Position numbers and translations under genes: made by a program. A stretch of DNA of 64,000 nt from Hydrurus foetidus (Eukaryota), in NCBI GenBank assembly GCA_900617105.1, contig UYFQ01000141.1, forward strand, positions 1 to 64,000, given 5' to 3'. The notes beneath the pieces are model-generated. The model was not told the DNA's origin. It ran no database searches and worked only from the letters and a program-made list of their open reading frames with translations. Positions 45,995-55,721 of the stretch are shown piece after piece. Each line of letters opens with the position of its first letter. The stretch's first letter is position 1.

Positions 45995-47164
45995 TCAAAG
46001 CTTCTGCAGTCGCTCCAGCGCAGCGTTCAGGGTGGCGTCCTGCTTGGCAAAGCAGAAGCGCACCACGCGCTGGTCAAAGCCATCGCCATAAAACGCTGAC
46101 AGCGGAATGGCGGCAACGCCCACTTCGCGGGTGAGCCACTGGCAGAAGTCGGCCTCGCCCAGATCGCTCACCGCCGAGATGTCCACGCACTGGAAGTAGC
46201 TGCCCTGGCTGGGCAGCAGCTTGAACTTGGTGTTGGCCAGGCCTGCGCGAAACAGGTCGCGCTTGTGTTGGTAGAAGGCGGGCAAGTCCAGATAGGGCGC
46301 AGGGTTAGCCAGGTAGGTGGCCAGCGCGTATTGCACGGGTGTGTTGACGGTGAACACATTGAATTGGTGTACTTTGCGAAACTCGGCCGTCAGCGGCGCG
46401 GGCGCAGCCACAGTGCCGACCTTCCAGCCCGTCACATGAAACGTCTTGCCAAAGCTGGACACCACGAAGGCGCGTGCCGCTAGGCCGGGGTAGCGCGACG
46501 CGCTTTCGTGCGGCTGGCGGTCAAACACCATGTGCTCGTACACCTCGTCGCTGATCAGCAGCACGTCGGTTGGCGCCAGCAGGTCTTGCAGCGCCAGCAT
46601 GTCGGCTTGGGACCAGACGGTGGCGCTGGGGTTGTGCGGGGTGTTGATGAGCAGGGCACGCGTCTTGGGTGTGATGGCGGCGCTGATCTTGTCAAAATCG
46701 GGGCGAAAGGTGCCAGGACTGAGGGGCACGCGTACCACCACGCCGCCGGCCAGCTCGATGTTGGGCACATAGCTGTCGTAGCAGGGCTCCAGCACGATCA
46801 CTTCGTCGCCTGGGTGCACCACGGCCAGAATGGCGGTGATGATGGCCTGGGTGGCGCCCGCGGTGATGGTGATCTCGGTGTCAGGGTCGTATTGTTTGCC
46901 GTGCAGCGCTGCAATCTTGGCAGCCACGGCCTGGCGCAGCACGGGCACCCCGGTCATGGGCGGGTACTGGTTGTGGCCGGCCTGCATGGAGGCGGTCACC
47001 GCGTCCACCAGCGCGGGGTCGCAGGCAAAGTCGGGGAAGCCCTGGCCCAGGTTCACGGCCTTGTGCTCAGCGGCCAGCGCCGACATGACGGTGAAGATGG
47101 TGGTGCCCACCTTGGGCAGGCGGGAGACGAGGGCGGGGGTGCGGGCTATGACTTCAGAGTTCAT
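45995..47164 (-). CDS. PLP-dependent aminotransferase class I (YbdL-like)
   Basis: TTIFTVMS, NLGQGFPDF, NTPHNP, SDEVY, SFGKTFHVTGWK. Confidence 0.92.
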   Translation of the reverse strand: MNSEVIARTPALVSRLPKVGTTIFTVMSALAAEHKAVNLGQGFPDFACDPALVDAVTASMQAGHNQYPPMTGVPVLRQAVAAKIAALHGKQYDPDTEITITAGATQAIITAILAVVHPGDEVIVLEPCYDSYVPNIELAGGVVVRVPLSPGTFRPDFDKISAAITPKTRALLINTPHNPSATVWSQADMLALQDLLAPTDVLLISDEVYEHMVFDRQPHESASRYPGLAARAFVVSSFGKTFHVTGWKVGTVAAPAPLTAEFRKVHQFNVFTVNTPVQYALATYLANPAPYLDLPAFYQHKRDLFRAGLANTKFKLLPSQGSYFQCVDISAVSDLGEADFCQWLTREVGVAAIPLSAFYGDGFDQRVVRFCFAKQDATLNAALERLQKL

Positions 47165-48119
47165 CGTCGTTCACATGGCCATCCATGGCTTTGGCAATTT
47201 GGGCGCGGTCCAGACGGCTGCTGAGCAGCTCGGCAAACGTGTAAACAAAGTTGCGCAAATACGCGCTGCGCTTGAAGGCCACGCGGGTCACGTTCTGGCC
47301 AAACAGGTAGCCGGCCGGGCGCACCACCAGGCCGCCCTTGCCGTCGTTCTTTTCCATGTCGTCCACCACGTCGGTGACCGCCATTTCAGCTGCAATGCCA
47401 ATGCCCAGACCGAGGCGCACATAGGTTTTGATGACGTCCGAATCGATGGCTTCCAGCGAAATGCGAGGCTCCAGCTTGCGCGCTGCAAAGGCCTGGTCAA
47501 TCTTGGTTCGGCCGGTGAACGAGGGGTGGTAAGTGATCAGCGGCTCGGCCGCAACTTCTTCCAGCGTGATGTGCTCTTTTTGCGCCAGCGGATGGTCGGT
47601 AGGAAGTACCAGCACGTGTTGCCACGCGTAGCAGGGCAGGGTGATGAGCTCGGAGTAGTTGGCCAGCGATTCGGTGGCAATGCCGATTTCGGCCACATCG
47701 TCAATCAGCATGCGGGCCACTTGGTCGGGCGCGCCCTGGTGCAGGCTGACATTGACCTTGGGAAAGGCGGTGCGCAGTTTGGCCACTTTTTCAGGCAGCA
47801 CGTAGCGGGCCTGGGTGTGGGTGGTGGCAATCGACAGCGTGCCGCTGTCTTGCGAGCTGTACTGCTCGCCAATGCGCTTGAGGTTGTTCACTTCGCGCAG
47901 GATCAGCTCAATGCTTTTGAGTACATGCTGTCCAGGTTCGGTGATGCGCTTAAGGCGCTTGCCGTGCCGGGCAAAGATGTCGATGCCTAGCTCTTCTTCG
48001 AGTTCGATGATGGCCTTGGACACGCCAGGCTGCGAGGTGTGCAGCGCCTTGGCGGCTTCGGTCAGGTTGAGGTTGCGGCGCGCGGCTTCTTGGACGAAGC
48101 GGAATTGGTGCAGGTTCAT
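47154..48119 (-). CDS. cysB: CysB/Cbl family LysR regulator
   Basis: NLTEAAKALHTSQPGVSK, ATTHTQARY, SLHQG, DSDVIKTYV. Confidence 0.9.
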   Translation of the reverse strand: MNLHQFRFVQEAARRNLNLTEAAKALHTSQPGVSKAIIELEEELGIDIFARHGKRLKRITEPGQHVLKSIELILREVNNLKRIGEQYSSQDSGTLSIATTHTQARYVLPEKVAKLRTAFPKVNVSLHQGAPDQVARMLIDDVAEIGIATESLANYSELITLPCYAWQHVLVLPTDHPLAQKEHITLEEVAAEPLITYHPSFTGRTKIDQAFAARKLEPRISLEAIDSDVIKTYVRLGLGIGIAAEMAVTDVVDDMEKNDGKGGLVVRPAGYLFGQNVTRVAFKRSAYLRNFVYTFAELLSSRLDRAQIAKAMDGHVNDDEL

Positions 48120-48169
48120 ATCAAATTTCGCCTAAAGATGAAATTTATTATGCGCCAAAACATCTATCG

Positions 48170-48547
48170 CTAGGCACTGTCCAGGGCAATATGGGCCAGC
48201 AGCCCCACCAAGCGGGGGTTCTCGCCCACGGCGTCCTGCAGAAGGATGGGAATGTGGTGGTACTGCACCCGCAGGCTATGCACCAGGGCCGGCAGGTCTT
48301 CCCGCGCATGGCGACCAACGCCTAGAAACATCGGCACGATGCGCACGGCGCGCGCGCCTTGCGCCACCAGATCGGCTACCGCGGCGGGCAGGTCTGGCGT
48401 GCTGAGCTCGAGGTAAGCGCAGGCCACCAGGGTTTGGGGAGCGAGTTGGCGCATCTCTGTGGCCACCGCCTCGATGGGGCGATGCCACAGCGGGTCGCGC
48501 GAGCCATGGGCAAACAAAATAATACCGGTGGGGTGTGGGGTTGTCAT
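48170..48547 (-). CDS. sirohydrochlorin chelatase (CbiX/SirB family)
   Basis: ILFAHGSRDP, AYLEL..P, PMFLGVGRHAREDLP. Confidence 0.9.
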   Translation of the reverse strand: MTTPHPTGIILFAHGSRDPLWHRPIEAVATEMRQLAPQTLVACAYLELSTPDLPAAVADLVAQGARAVRIVPMFLGVGRHAREDLPALVHSLRVQYHHIPILLQDAVGENPRLVGLLAHIALDSA

Positions 48548-49650
48548 CGTCGAAGTACCAGCCATGCAAAAGCGGTGAGGGATATCACCGAATAAATCAG
48601 CCCCGGCAGCGCCGCGGTAAACCAGGGCTGCCAGCCTTGCAGGTTGCCCAGGTCGTTCATTACGTTGTTGAGCAACACAAAGCTGATCCCCGCCATGACG
48701 CCGCCAAAGGTGTAGCTGGCAATGCCACCAGAGCGAAAGTGCAGGTAGGCAAAAGGAAGGGCCAGCACCACCATCACCAGGCAACTCAGCGGATAAAACA
48801 CTTTTTTCCAGAACTGGATCTCGTACTTCTGCGCGGACTGGCCGTTGGCGTTCAAGTGGCGCATGTACTGGAACAAATCAATGGTGCCCATGCGTTCGGG
48901 GCGCAGCACGGCTGCGGCCACCATCTCGGCGCTGATCTGTGTGGGCCAGCGAAACGTCTCAAACTGGGCCCGGTCGATGTGGGCGGCCTTGGCCTCGGGG
49001 GTGTCGAACTCGGTGCGATCCACGTCGCTGAGCTCCCAGGAGTCATGTTCGCTGAACTGTCCGGTCTTGCCCTGGGTGAGCGACACCAGGCTGCCCTGGT
49101 TGTTGAATTCGAAAATGCGGATGTCCTTCATGCTGGCGTCGGGTGCCAGCGATCCCACATTCACCGCGTAGTGGCCATAGGCTTGCTTTTCTTTCAGCCA
49201 AGCACCGGTTTTGCCGACTGTGATCTTTCCCTGGAAGCGGGATTTGAGTAACTGCGCGGTCTTGTCCGCCAGGGGCGCCACATAGTCGCCCACCGCGAAG
49301 GTGAAAAACACAAAGCACATGCCCAGCAACATCAGGGTGCGCAGCGCCCGCCATGGGCCCAGGCCGCTGGTCCGCAGGATGGTGAATTCCGAGCTGCGCG
49401 CGAGCCGTGCCATTACAAAAATGGTGCCAATCAGCACGGTAATGGGGAACAGCTCGTACACATGGCTGGGCACCATCAGCGCCACATAAATCAGCGCCTG
49501 CGGCACTTGGTAGCCCAGGGCCTTGATGCGACCTACCGCCTGCAGCTCTTCCACAACATCGAAGAAAAAGAACAGCGCAATAAAGCCCAGGGTGACCAAA
49601 AACACGGCCATCACCACCTCGCCATAGAGAAGGCGGCGCAGAGTCTTCAT
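48544..49650 (-). CDS. lptG: LPS export permease LptG
   Basis: LARSSEFTILRTSG, FWKKVFYPL; follows lptF. Confidence 0.93.
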   Translation of the reverse strand: MKTLRRLLYGEVVMAVFLVTLGFIALFFFFDVVEELQAVGRIKALGYQVPQALIYVALMVPSHVYELFPITVLIGTIFVMARLARSSEFTILRTSGLGPWRALRTLMLLGMCFVFFTFAVGDYVAPLADKTAQLLKSRFQGKITVGKTGAWLKEKQAYGHYAVNVGSLAPDASMKDIRIFEFNNQGSLVSLTQGKTGQFSEHDSWELSDVDRTEFDTPEAKAAHIDRAQFETFRWPTQISAEMVAAAVLRPERMGTIDLFQYMRHLNANGQSAQKYEIQFWKKVFYPLSCLVMVVLALPFAYLHFRSGGIASYTFGGVMAGISFVLLNNVMNDLGNLQGWQPWFTAALPGLIYSVISLTAFAWLVLRR

Positions 49651-50762
49651 GCGGCATCTCCCGATGGCAAGGCTGTGGCGGCAGGGCGGCGGCGCAGCCG
49701 AATGGTCCAGTGGTTGTGTCGCTTGGCCAGCCACAGCAGTGCCGCCAGCAGCGCCCCACCGTGCAAGCCCAGCAGAAACGGCCCCAAGCTCACCTGGCCA
49801 CTCTGAATCCAGCTTTTGCCCAGCACCAGCATATTGAAATACACCACGAAGGCCAGGAACGCGAAGACCAGGTTGCCAGTGCGCCCGGCCCGCGGGTTGA
49901 CCCCGGCTGAGGCCAGCCCGATCACCACCAAGTTCAGCGCGGCCAGGATGAGCCCGATGCGCCAGGCAATCTCGGCCACGTGCAGTGGAATCGGATTGCG
50001 GATCAGATCCAGCGTCGTCATGGCACTGGTGGGCGCATAGTCGCGCGCGGACTGGTCATCAGCCCCTACGCGGGCACCGTAGCGCTCAAACACGCTGATG
50101 GTGATGTCCTGCTTGCCATGGGTTTTTTCCAGGCGTTGGCCGTTGTCCAGCACCAGAAATTTGTCGGGGCCGATCACTTCTACCGCACCCGTGCGGGCCG
50201 AGGTGACGGTTTCCTTGCCGGCTTCATTGGTGGCAATGAAGACGTTGTTGCCAGTTTGTTGGCCCTTGGCGTCTTTTTCGATGAAGAAAACGCGGTCGCC
50301 ATTGCTGGACTCCTGGAACTGGCCGGGCTCGATGCGGGCGATGTCGCCCCGCTTGTCGTAGCGGTAGCGCAGGTCTTCAATGCGCCCAAACGCCCAGGGC
50401 AGGATGAAAAATGCGAGTGCCAGAATCACCACCAGAATGGGCCAGGCAAAGCGAAACAAAGGGGGCAGCAAGGACGCCAGTCCCCGGCCGCTGCCAAACC
50501 AGATCACCATCTCGCTGTCCTGGTACATCCGCGTCAGCACGCTGAGCACGGCAATGAACAGGCTCATGGACAAAATGGTGGGCATGTCGGAGAGCACGGT
50601 GTAGCCCATGATGATGAGCACATCCGACGGGTTGAAGGTGCCGCGCGATGCCTCACCCAGCGTGCGAATCAGCGTCATAGTCATCACTACAGTGACCAAT
50701 ACCACCAAGGTGGCACCGAAGCTGCGTGCAAGCTCTCTGCGGATGGAGGAATGGAATAACAT
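49647..50762 (-). CDS. lptF: LPS export permease LptF
   Basis: RMYQDSEMVIWFGSG, PGQFQES, VNPRAGR; divergent from pepA. Confidence 0.93.
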   Translation of the reverse strand: MLFHSSIRRELARSFGATLVVLVTVVMTMTLIRTLGEASRGTFNPSDVLIIMGYTVLSDMPTILSMSLFIAVLSVLTRMYQDSEMVIWFGSGRGLASLLPPLFRFAWPILVVILALAFFILPWAFGRIEDLRYRYDKRGDIARIEPGQFQESSNGDRVFFIEKDAKGQQTGNNVFIATNEAGKETVTSARTGAVEVIGPDKFLVLDNGQRLEKTHGKQDITISVFERYGARVGADDQSARDYAPTSAMTTLDLIRNPIPLHVAEIAWRIGLILAALNLVVIGLASAGVNPRAGRTGNLVFAFLAFVVYFNMLVLGKSWIQSGQVSLGPFLLGLHGGALLAALLWLAKRHNHWTIRLRRRPAATALPSGDAA

Positions 50763-50785
50763 GGCGGCGAAGGAAAGACCGAATT

Positions 50786-52231
50786 ATGAACTTTGAACTC
50801 AAGGCTTTGAGCCTGGTGGCTGTTGCCAACGAAAAATGTGACCTGGCCGTGCTGCTGGTAGCCGCCGACTTTAAGGCTGGCAAGGACGAGTTGTCCCAGC
50901 TGGTTGCACAAGCCGTCAAGGCGGGCGACTTTACCGGCAAGCCCGGGCAGGTGCTGTCGCTGTACCGACCTGGCCAGGCCAATGCCACTCGCCTTGTGCT
51001 GGCGGGCGTGGGCGAAGGCGGCGCCAAACAGGTGCGTGGCGCCGTGACCGCGGCCCTGGGCGCGGGCAAATCGACCAATAACAAAAAAGTGGTGGTGGCA
51101 TTTGCGGCTCCGGCGCAGGAAAGCGCCGTGCGTGCGGTCGTGGTGGCCGTGGCCGATGCCACTTACGCCTATGTGCACACCAAATCCAAGCCCGAGCCCC
51201 GCGTTTTGCAGAAGTGCCTGGTCGTGGCCAGCAACGCGTCCGAGGTGAACGCCTCGTTTGACCGCGCCGTGGGAACCGTGCTGGGCATGGAAATGGCCAA
51301 GGAATGGGCCAATCGCCCGGCCAACCACGCCACGCCCACGCTGTTGGGGCAAGCCGCACAGAGCCTGGCCAAGTTCGCCAGAATCTCCTGCGAAGTGCTG
51401 GGCCCCAAAGAAGTGGCCAAGCTGGGCATGGGCTCTTTCATGGCGGTGGCCCAGGGTTCCGATGAGCCGCTGCGCTTTATCGTGCTGCGCTACGACGGCG
51501 CTGCCAAGTCCCAGGCGCCCACGGTGCTGGTGGGCAAGGGCATCACCTTTGACAGTGGCGGCATCTCCATCAAGCCTGCGGGCGAGATGGACGAAATGAA
51601 GTTCGACATGTGCGGTGCTGCTAGTGTGTTGGGTGTGTTCCGGGCGCTGGCCCAGCTCAAACCTGCCATCAACGTGGTGGGACTGATTCCGTCTTGCGAA
51701 AACCTGATCAACGGCCATGCCGTCAAGCCCGGTGACGTAGTCACCAGCATGAGCGGCCAGACCATCGAAATCCTCAACACCGACGCGGAAGGCCGCCTGG
51801 TGCTATGTGATGCCCTGACCTATGCGGAGCGCTTCAAGCCCGCGGCCGTGGTGGACATTGCCACCTTGACCGGTGCCTGTGTGGTGGCCCTCGGCGGGGT
51901 GCGCAGCGGCTTGTTCTCGACCAACGACGCGCTGGGCGACGCCTTGTTTGCCGCAGGTGAGGCCAGTGCCGACCTGTGCTGGAAGCTGCCGCTGGACGAA
52001 GACTACGCTGAGGGGTTGAAGACCAATTTTGCTGACGTGGCCAACGTGGCTGGTCGTGCCGGTGGCGCGATTACGGCAGCCAAATTTTTGCAACGCTTCA
52101 CCGAGAAATTCCCTTGGGCCCACCTGGACATCGCAGGCACCGCCTGGAAGAGTGGTGGGGCCAAAGGGGCCACGGGCCGTCCTGTGGGCTTGTTGGTGGA
52201 GTTTTTGCTGGTCAAGGCTGCGTCCAAGTGA
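50786..52231 (+). CDS. pepA: leucyl aminopeptidase
   Basis: GKGITFDSGG, MKFDM, NTDAEGRL, ATLTGA. Confidence 0.96.
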   Translation: MNFELKALSLVAVANEKCDLAVLLVAADFKAGKDELSQLVAQAVKAGDFTGKPGQVLSLYRPGQANATRLVLAGVGEGGAKQVRGAVTAALGAGKSTNNKKVVVAFAAPAQESAVRAVVVAVADATYAYVHTKSKPEPRVLQKCLVVASNASEVNASFDRAVGTVLGMEMAKEWANRPANHATPTLLGQAAQSLAKFARISCEVLGPKEVAKLGMGSFMAVAQGSDEPLRFIVLRYDGAAKSQAPTVLVGKGITFDSGGISIKPAGEMDEMKFDMCGAASVLGVFRALAQLKPAINVVGLIPSCENLINGHAVKPGDVVTSMSGQTIEILNTDAEGRLVLCDALTYAERFKPAAVVDIATLTGACVVALGGVRSGLFSTNDALGDALFAAGEASADLCWKLPLDEDYAEGLKTNFADVANVAGRAGGAITAAKFLQRFTEKFPWAHLDIAGTAWKSGGAKGATGRPVGLLVEFLLVKAASK

Positions 52232-52659
52232 CAGAAGTCGCCTTTCACTTTGGCGCCCCGGACAAGCTGGACTACGTGTGCCGCTTGCTGCGCAAGGCTA
52301 CGGGTCGGGGAGCCAAAGTAGTGGTACTGGGCCCGCAAAGCCATATGCACCAGTTGGACGCCAAACTTTGGGCGCTGTCGCCCACCGACTTCCTGGCGCA
52401 CAGCCTCGATGGAGGTGCCCTGCAGGCACGCAGCCCGGTGGTGCTGACCACGGCATTGCACAGTGGTCTTGCCGAGCACGGCGTGTTGGTGAACCTGACC
52501 GATGCGGTGCCCGAAGGTTTTGACCGGTTTGATCGGGTGATTGAGGTGGTGAGCACCGATGAAACCGATCGCGTCGTAGCCCGCGGCCGTTGGCGCCAGT
52601 ACGCCCAACAGGGCATCGTGATTCAGAAGCACGACCTGAACCTTAAAGGGGCTGGCTAA
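52228..52659 (+). CDS. holC: DNA polymerase III subunit chi
   Basis: VAFHF..VCRLLRKA, LDAKLW..DFLAH, ARGRWRQY; follows pepA. Confidence 0.88.
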   Translation: MTEVAFHFGAPDKLDYVCRLLRKATGRGAKVVVLGPQSHMHQLDAKLWALSPTDFLAHSLDGGALQARSPVVLTTALHSGLAEHGVLVNLTDAVPEGFDRFDRVIEVVSTDETDRVVARGRWRQYAQQGIVIQKHDLNLKGAG

Positions 52660-52961
52660 TGGGTTCGCCCAAAACCACGCCCCGTTTTCTGCCCACGCTG
52701 ACGGAGGTGGTGCAGCCGCGCAGTGTCCAGGCCGTGCCACCGCCAGCTAAACCGCCGGTGTCCATCGACGTGGATGCGCTGGTGGACCGCGTGATGCTGT
52801 CCGTCGCTCCTCATATTGAAAGCCAGCTGCGAGAGCTGGTGACCGATGTGGTGCAAGAACAGCTGCGTGAATTGGCGCCACGTATCCAACATGATTTGGA
52901 AGTCATGGTCCGCGACGCTGTGGCGGGTGCTTTGTCGGACCTGCCGCCTTCGAGCGTGTAA
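52659..52961 (+). CDS. small hypothetical protein
   Basis: PRFLPTLTEVV motif and helical C-terminus; TAATG coupling to holC. Confidence 0.6.
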   Translation: MGSPKTTPRFLPTLTEVVQPRSVQAVPPPAKPPVSIDVDALVDRVMLSVAPHIESQLRELVTDVVQEQLRELAPRIQHDLEVMVRDAVAGALSDLPPSSV

Positions 52962-53001
52962 GCGCTGCGCCGCAGCGCGTCTGAATTTCTCGAAAGTTTG
53001 T

Positions 53002-54189
53002 ATGCATTTCAGAACAAAAAGTACATTGACCGTGGTCGCTCTGGCGGCCCTGCTGGTCGCTTGTGGCAAGAAGGAAGACGCTGCGGCACCAGCTTCCCCC
53101 GTAGCGGCACATGCCGACACCGTGGTGAGGATTGGCCACGTGGGCCCCACCAGCGGTGCGATTGCCCATCTGGGCAAAGACAATGAAAACGGTGCACGCC
53201 TGGCCATTGAAGAGCTGAACGACGCCGGTGTGACGATTGGCGGCCAGAAGGTTACGTTGGAACTGGTTGCTGAAGACGACGCAGCCGATCCCAAGCAAGG
53301 CACGGCCGTGGCGCAAAAGCTGGTCGACTCCAAAGTCGCTGGCGTGATCGGACATTTGAACTCTGGCACCACCATCCCCGCGTCCAAGATTTACAGGGAT
53401 GCCGGTATTCCCCAGATTTCGCCCTCCGCTACCAACCCCAAATACACCCGCCAGGGTTTCAAAACAGCCTTCCGCGTGGTGGCCGACGACACGCAATTGG
53501 GCGGCACGCTGGGCAAATATGCAGTGGGCACCCTGAAGGGCAAGGCCATTGCCGTGATCGACGACCGAACGGCTTACGGCCAGGGTGTGGCAGAAGAATT
53601 CAGCAAGGCGGTGGAAGGTGCGGGCGGCAAAGTGGTGGCCAAGGAATTCACCACCGATAAGGCGACGGACTTCAGCGCCATCCTGACCAGCATCAAGGCC
53701 AAGAAGCCAGACGTTGTTTTTTTCGGCGGCATGGACGCTGTGGCCGGCCCGATGCTCAAGCAAATGAAGGCCCTGGGCATCAATGCGAAATTCGTAGGCG
53801 GTGACGGCATCTGCTCCACTGAACTCGTGAAGCTGGGCGGTGACGCCATTGCCGACGATCAGGTGTTCTGCGCAGAAGCGGGTGGCGTGGAAGGCGACGC
53901 CAAGGTCGCCATGGACGCTTTCAAGTCCCGCTTCAAAGCCAAGTTCGACGCTGACGTGCAGGTATACGCCCCCTATGTCTACGACTCCGTGAAGCTCATG
54001 GTGGCCGCCATGGTCAAGGCGGGCTCGTCGGACCCCGCCAAATACTTGCCCGTGTTGGCCGCTACGACAGACTACAAGGGCGTGACGGGCCCCATCTCGT
54101 TCGACGAAAAGGGCGACATCAAGAACGGCGCTCTGACCTTGAAGACGGTTCGTGCAGGCAAACTCGAAACGCTGGCGGTGATTCGTTAA
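53002..54189 (+). CDS. branched-chain amino acid ABC substrate-binding lipoprotein (LivK/LivJ-like)
   Basis: Lipobox LVAC, EDDAADPKQG, GHLNSG, DRTAYGQG. Confidence 0.92.
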   Translation: MHFRTKSTLTVVALAALLVACGKKEDAAAPASPVAAHADTVVRIGHVGPTSGAIAHLGKDNENGARLAIEELNDAGVTIGGQKVTLELVAEDDAADPKQGTAVAQKLVDSKVAGVIGHLNSGTTIPASKIYRDAGIPQISPSATNPKYTRQGFKTAFRVVADDTQLGGTLGKYAVGTLKGKAIAVIDDRTAYGQGVAEEFSKAVEGAGGKVVAKEFTTDKATDFSAILTSIKAKKPDVVFFGGMDAVAGPMLKQMKALGINAKFVGGDGICSTELVKLGGDAIADDQVFCAEAGGVEGDAKVAMDAFKSRFKAKFDADVQVYAPYVYDSVKLMVAAMVKAGSSDPAKYLPVLAATTDYKGVTGPISFDEKGDIKNGALTLKTVRAGKLETLAVIR

Positions 54190-54273
54190 ATTCACCGTCG
54201 TCTGCGCTTTTTGTGCAGTTTGTGGGCCGCGAGCCAAAACAGCCCTAAATGGCAGGTTAGAATACGAGGCTCT

Positions 54274-54363
54274 GGAGCGGTGGATGAGTGGTTTAAGTCA
54301 CACGCCTGGAAAGCGTGCGTGGGGTTAAACCCACCGCGGGTTCGAATCCCGCCTGCTCCGCCA
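54274..54363 (+). tRNA. tRNA-Ser(GGA)
   Basis: Acceptor GGAGCGG/CTGCTCC, anticodon arm cacgc-ctGGAaa-gcgtg, long variable arm, GGTTCGAATCC, encoded CCA; upstream TAGAAT -10. Confidence 0.97.
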
Positions 54364-54404
54364 GAACCAAGTCCGATCTGTCCTTTCCAGGCGGGTCGGC
54401 ATCG

Positions 54405-54446
54405 AAAACCCCGCAGCATTCGTGCTGCGGGGTTTTTGTTTTTTTT
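54405..54446 (+). terminator. Rho-independent terminator
   Basis: aaaaccccgcagca-ttcg-tgctgcggggtttt followed by a T run. Confidence 0.9.
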
Positions 54447-54482
54447 GCCTTCGCTTTTGTCCTTTCTAGTGGTTTTCCCTTG

Positions 54483-54514
54483 AAGTAATTAATATTTGTA
54501 AATATTAATTACTT
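54483..54514. promoter_or_regulatory. perfect AT-rich palindrome (candidate operator)
   Basis: AAGTAATTAATATTT-gt-AAATATTAATTACTT. Confidence 0.6.
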
Positions 54515-54587
54515 ATGACTAATAATAATAATTGGTTCATGGGCAGGCGTGCCCCGATGCGGTGCACGCTATCGAGAGGAGGACGTT

Positions 54588-55706
54588 GTGTTTGGCAAAG
54601 TCTGGGTATTTTTCTTCATGGCGTGGTCTGCATGGGCCCAGGCCCAAACCGCCGTCGACGCGCCCATTGTGTTGGGACAGTCGGCGCCCCTCTCCGGACC
54701 TGCAGCGCAACTTGGAGTTGATTTCAACTTCGGTGCGAATCTGCATTTTTACGAGGTCAACCGCGGTGGCGGCATCTTTGGTCGAAAAATTGAGCTGCGC
54801 ATTCTGGACGACCGTTACGAGCCCGAGCGCACAGCAGAAAACACCCGGCGGCTGATCAAGGACGACAAGGTGTTTGCCCTGTTCGGCTATGTGGGCAGCT
54901 CGACCAGCCAGGTAGCGTTGCCGCTGGCCACTGAGAGTGGCGTGCCGTTTCTGGCGGCCTTTACCGGTTCCGAGTCCCTGCGCACGCCGTTCAACCCCTA
55001 TGTGTTCAACATCCGTGCCGGCTACTTTGATGAGACCGAAGCGATTGTTCGGCACCTCAGTACCCTGGGTATGAAGCGCATTGCTGTGTTTCACGAAGAC
55101 GATGCGAACGGCCGCGCGGCTTTGCTGGGGGTTGAGCGTGCGCTGAAGTCGCGCGGGCTGTCGCTGGTGGCCAGTGGTTCAGTGGAGCGCAATGGCATTG
55201 ACGTGGCCAAGGCGGTACGCGAGATCGCGGCCACCAAGCCCCAGGCGGTGGTGATGATGAGCGCCTATGGCGGCAGCGTGGCCTTTATCCGCGAAATGCA
55301 GAAGATGGAGTCACCGCCCTGGCTATGGAATGTGTCCTTCGTCGGCAGCCAGGTGCTGGCGCGGGAGCTGGAGCAGCGCGGGCGTGGCGTACAGATTTCG
55401 CAGGTTGTGCCATTCCCCTGGAACGCCAACAACCCGCTGGTGCGCGGCTACCAAAAAGTACTGGCAGAGGTGAAGGGCGAACCCGGCTTTGGTTCTCTGG
55501 AGGGCTATATCGCCGCCAAAGTGGCGGTTGAAGGCCTGCGCCGCGCTGGGCGCAATCCCACGCGTGAGGGCTTTGTCAAAGCGCTGGAGTCGCTCCAGCC
55601 GTATGACATGGGAGGCTATACGGTGCGGTTTTCGCCAGAGAGCCACAACGGGTCCACCTATGTGGACCTGACCATGATCACTCTGGACCAACGTTTCCTG
55701 CGCTAA
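54588..55706 (+). CDS. periplasmic ligand-binding protein (leucine-binding/type I PBP superfamily)
   Basis: Signal peptide, IVLGQSAPLSGPAA, LDDRYEP, FNIRAGY, ISQVVP; GTG start after GGAGG. Confidence 0.85.
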   Translation: MFGKVWVFFFMAWSAWAQAQTAVDAPIVLGQSAPLSGPAAQLGVDFNFGANLHFYEVNRGGGIFGRKIELRILDDRYEPERTAENTRRLIKDDKVFALFGYVGSSTSQVALPLATESGVPFLAAFTGSESLRTPFNPYVFNIRAGYFDETEAIVRHLSTLGMKRIAVFHEDDANGRAALLGVERALKSRGLSLVASGSVERNGIDVAKAVREIAATKPQAVVMMSAYGGSVAFIREMQKMESPPWLWNVSFVGSQVLARELEQRGRGVQISQVVPFPWNANNPLVRGYQKVLAEVKGEPGFGSLEGYIAAKVAVEGLRRAGRNPTREGFVKALESLQPYDMGGYTVRFSPESHNGSTYVDLTMITLDQRFLR

Positions 55707-55721
55707 GAAAGGCGAACACCC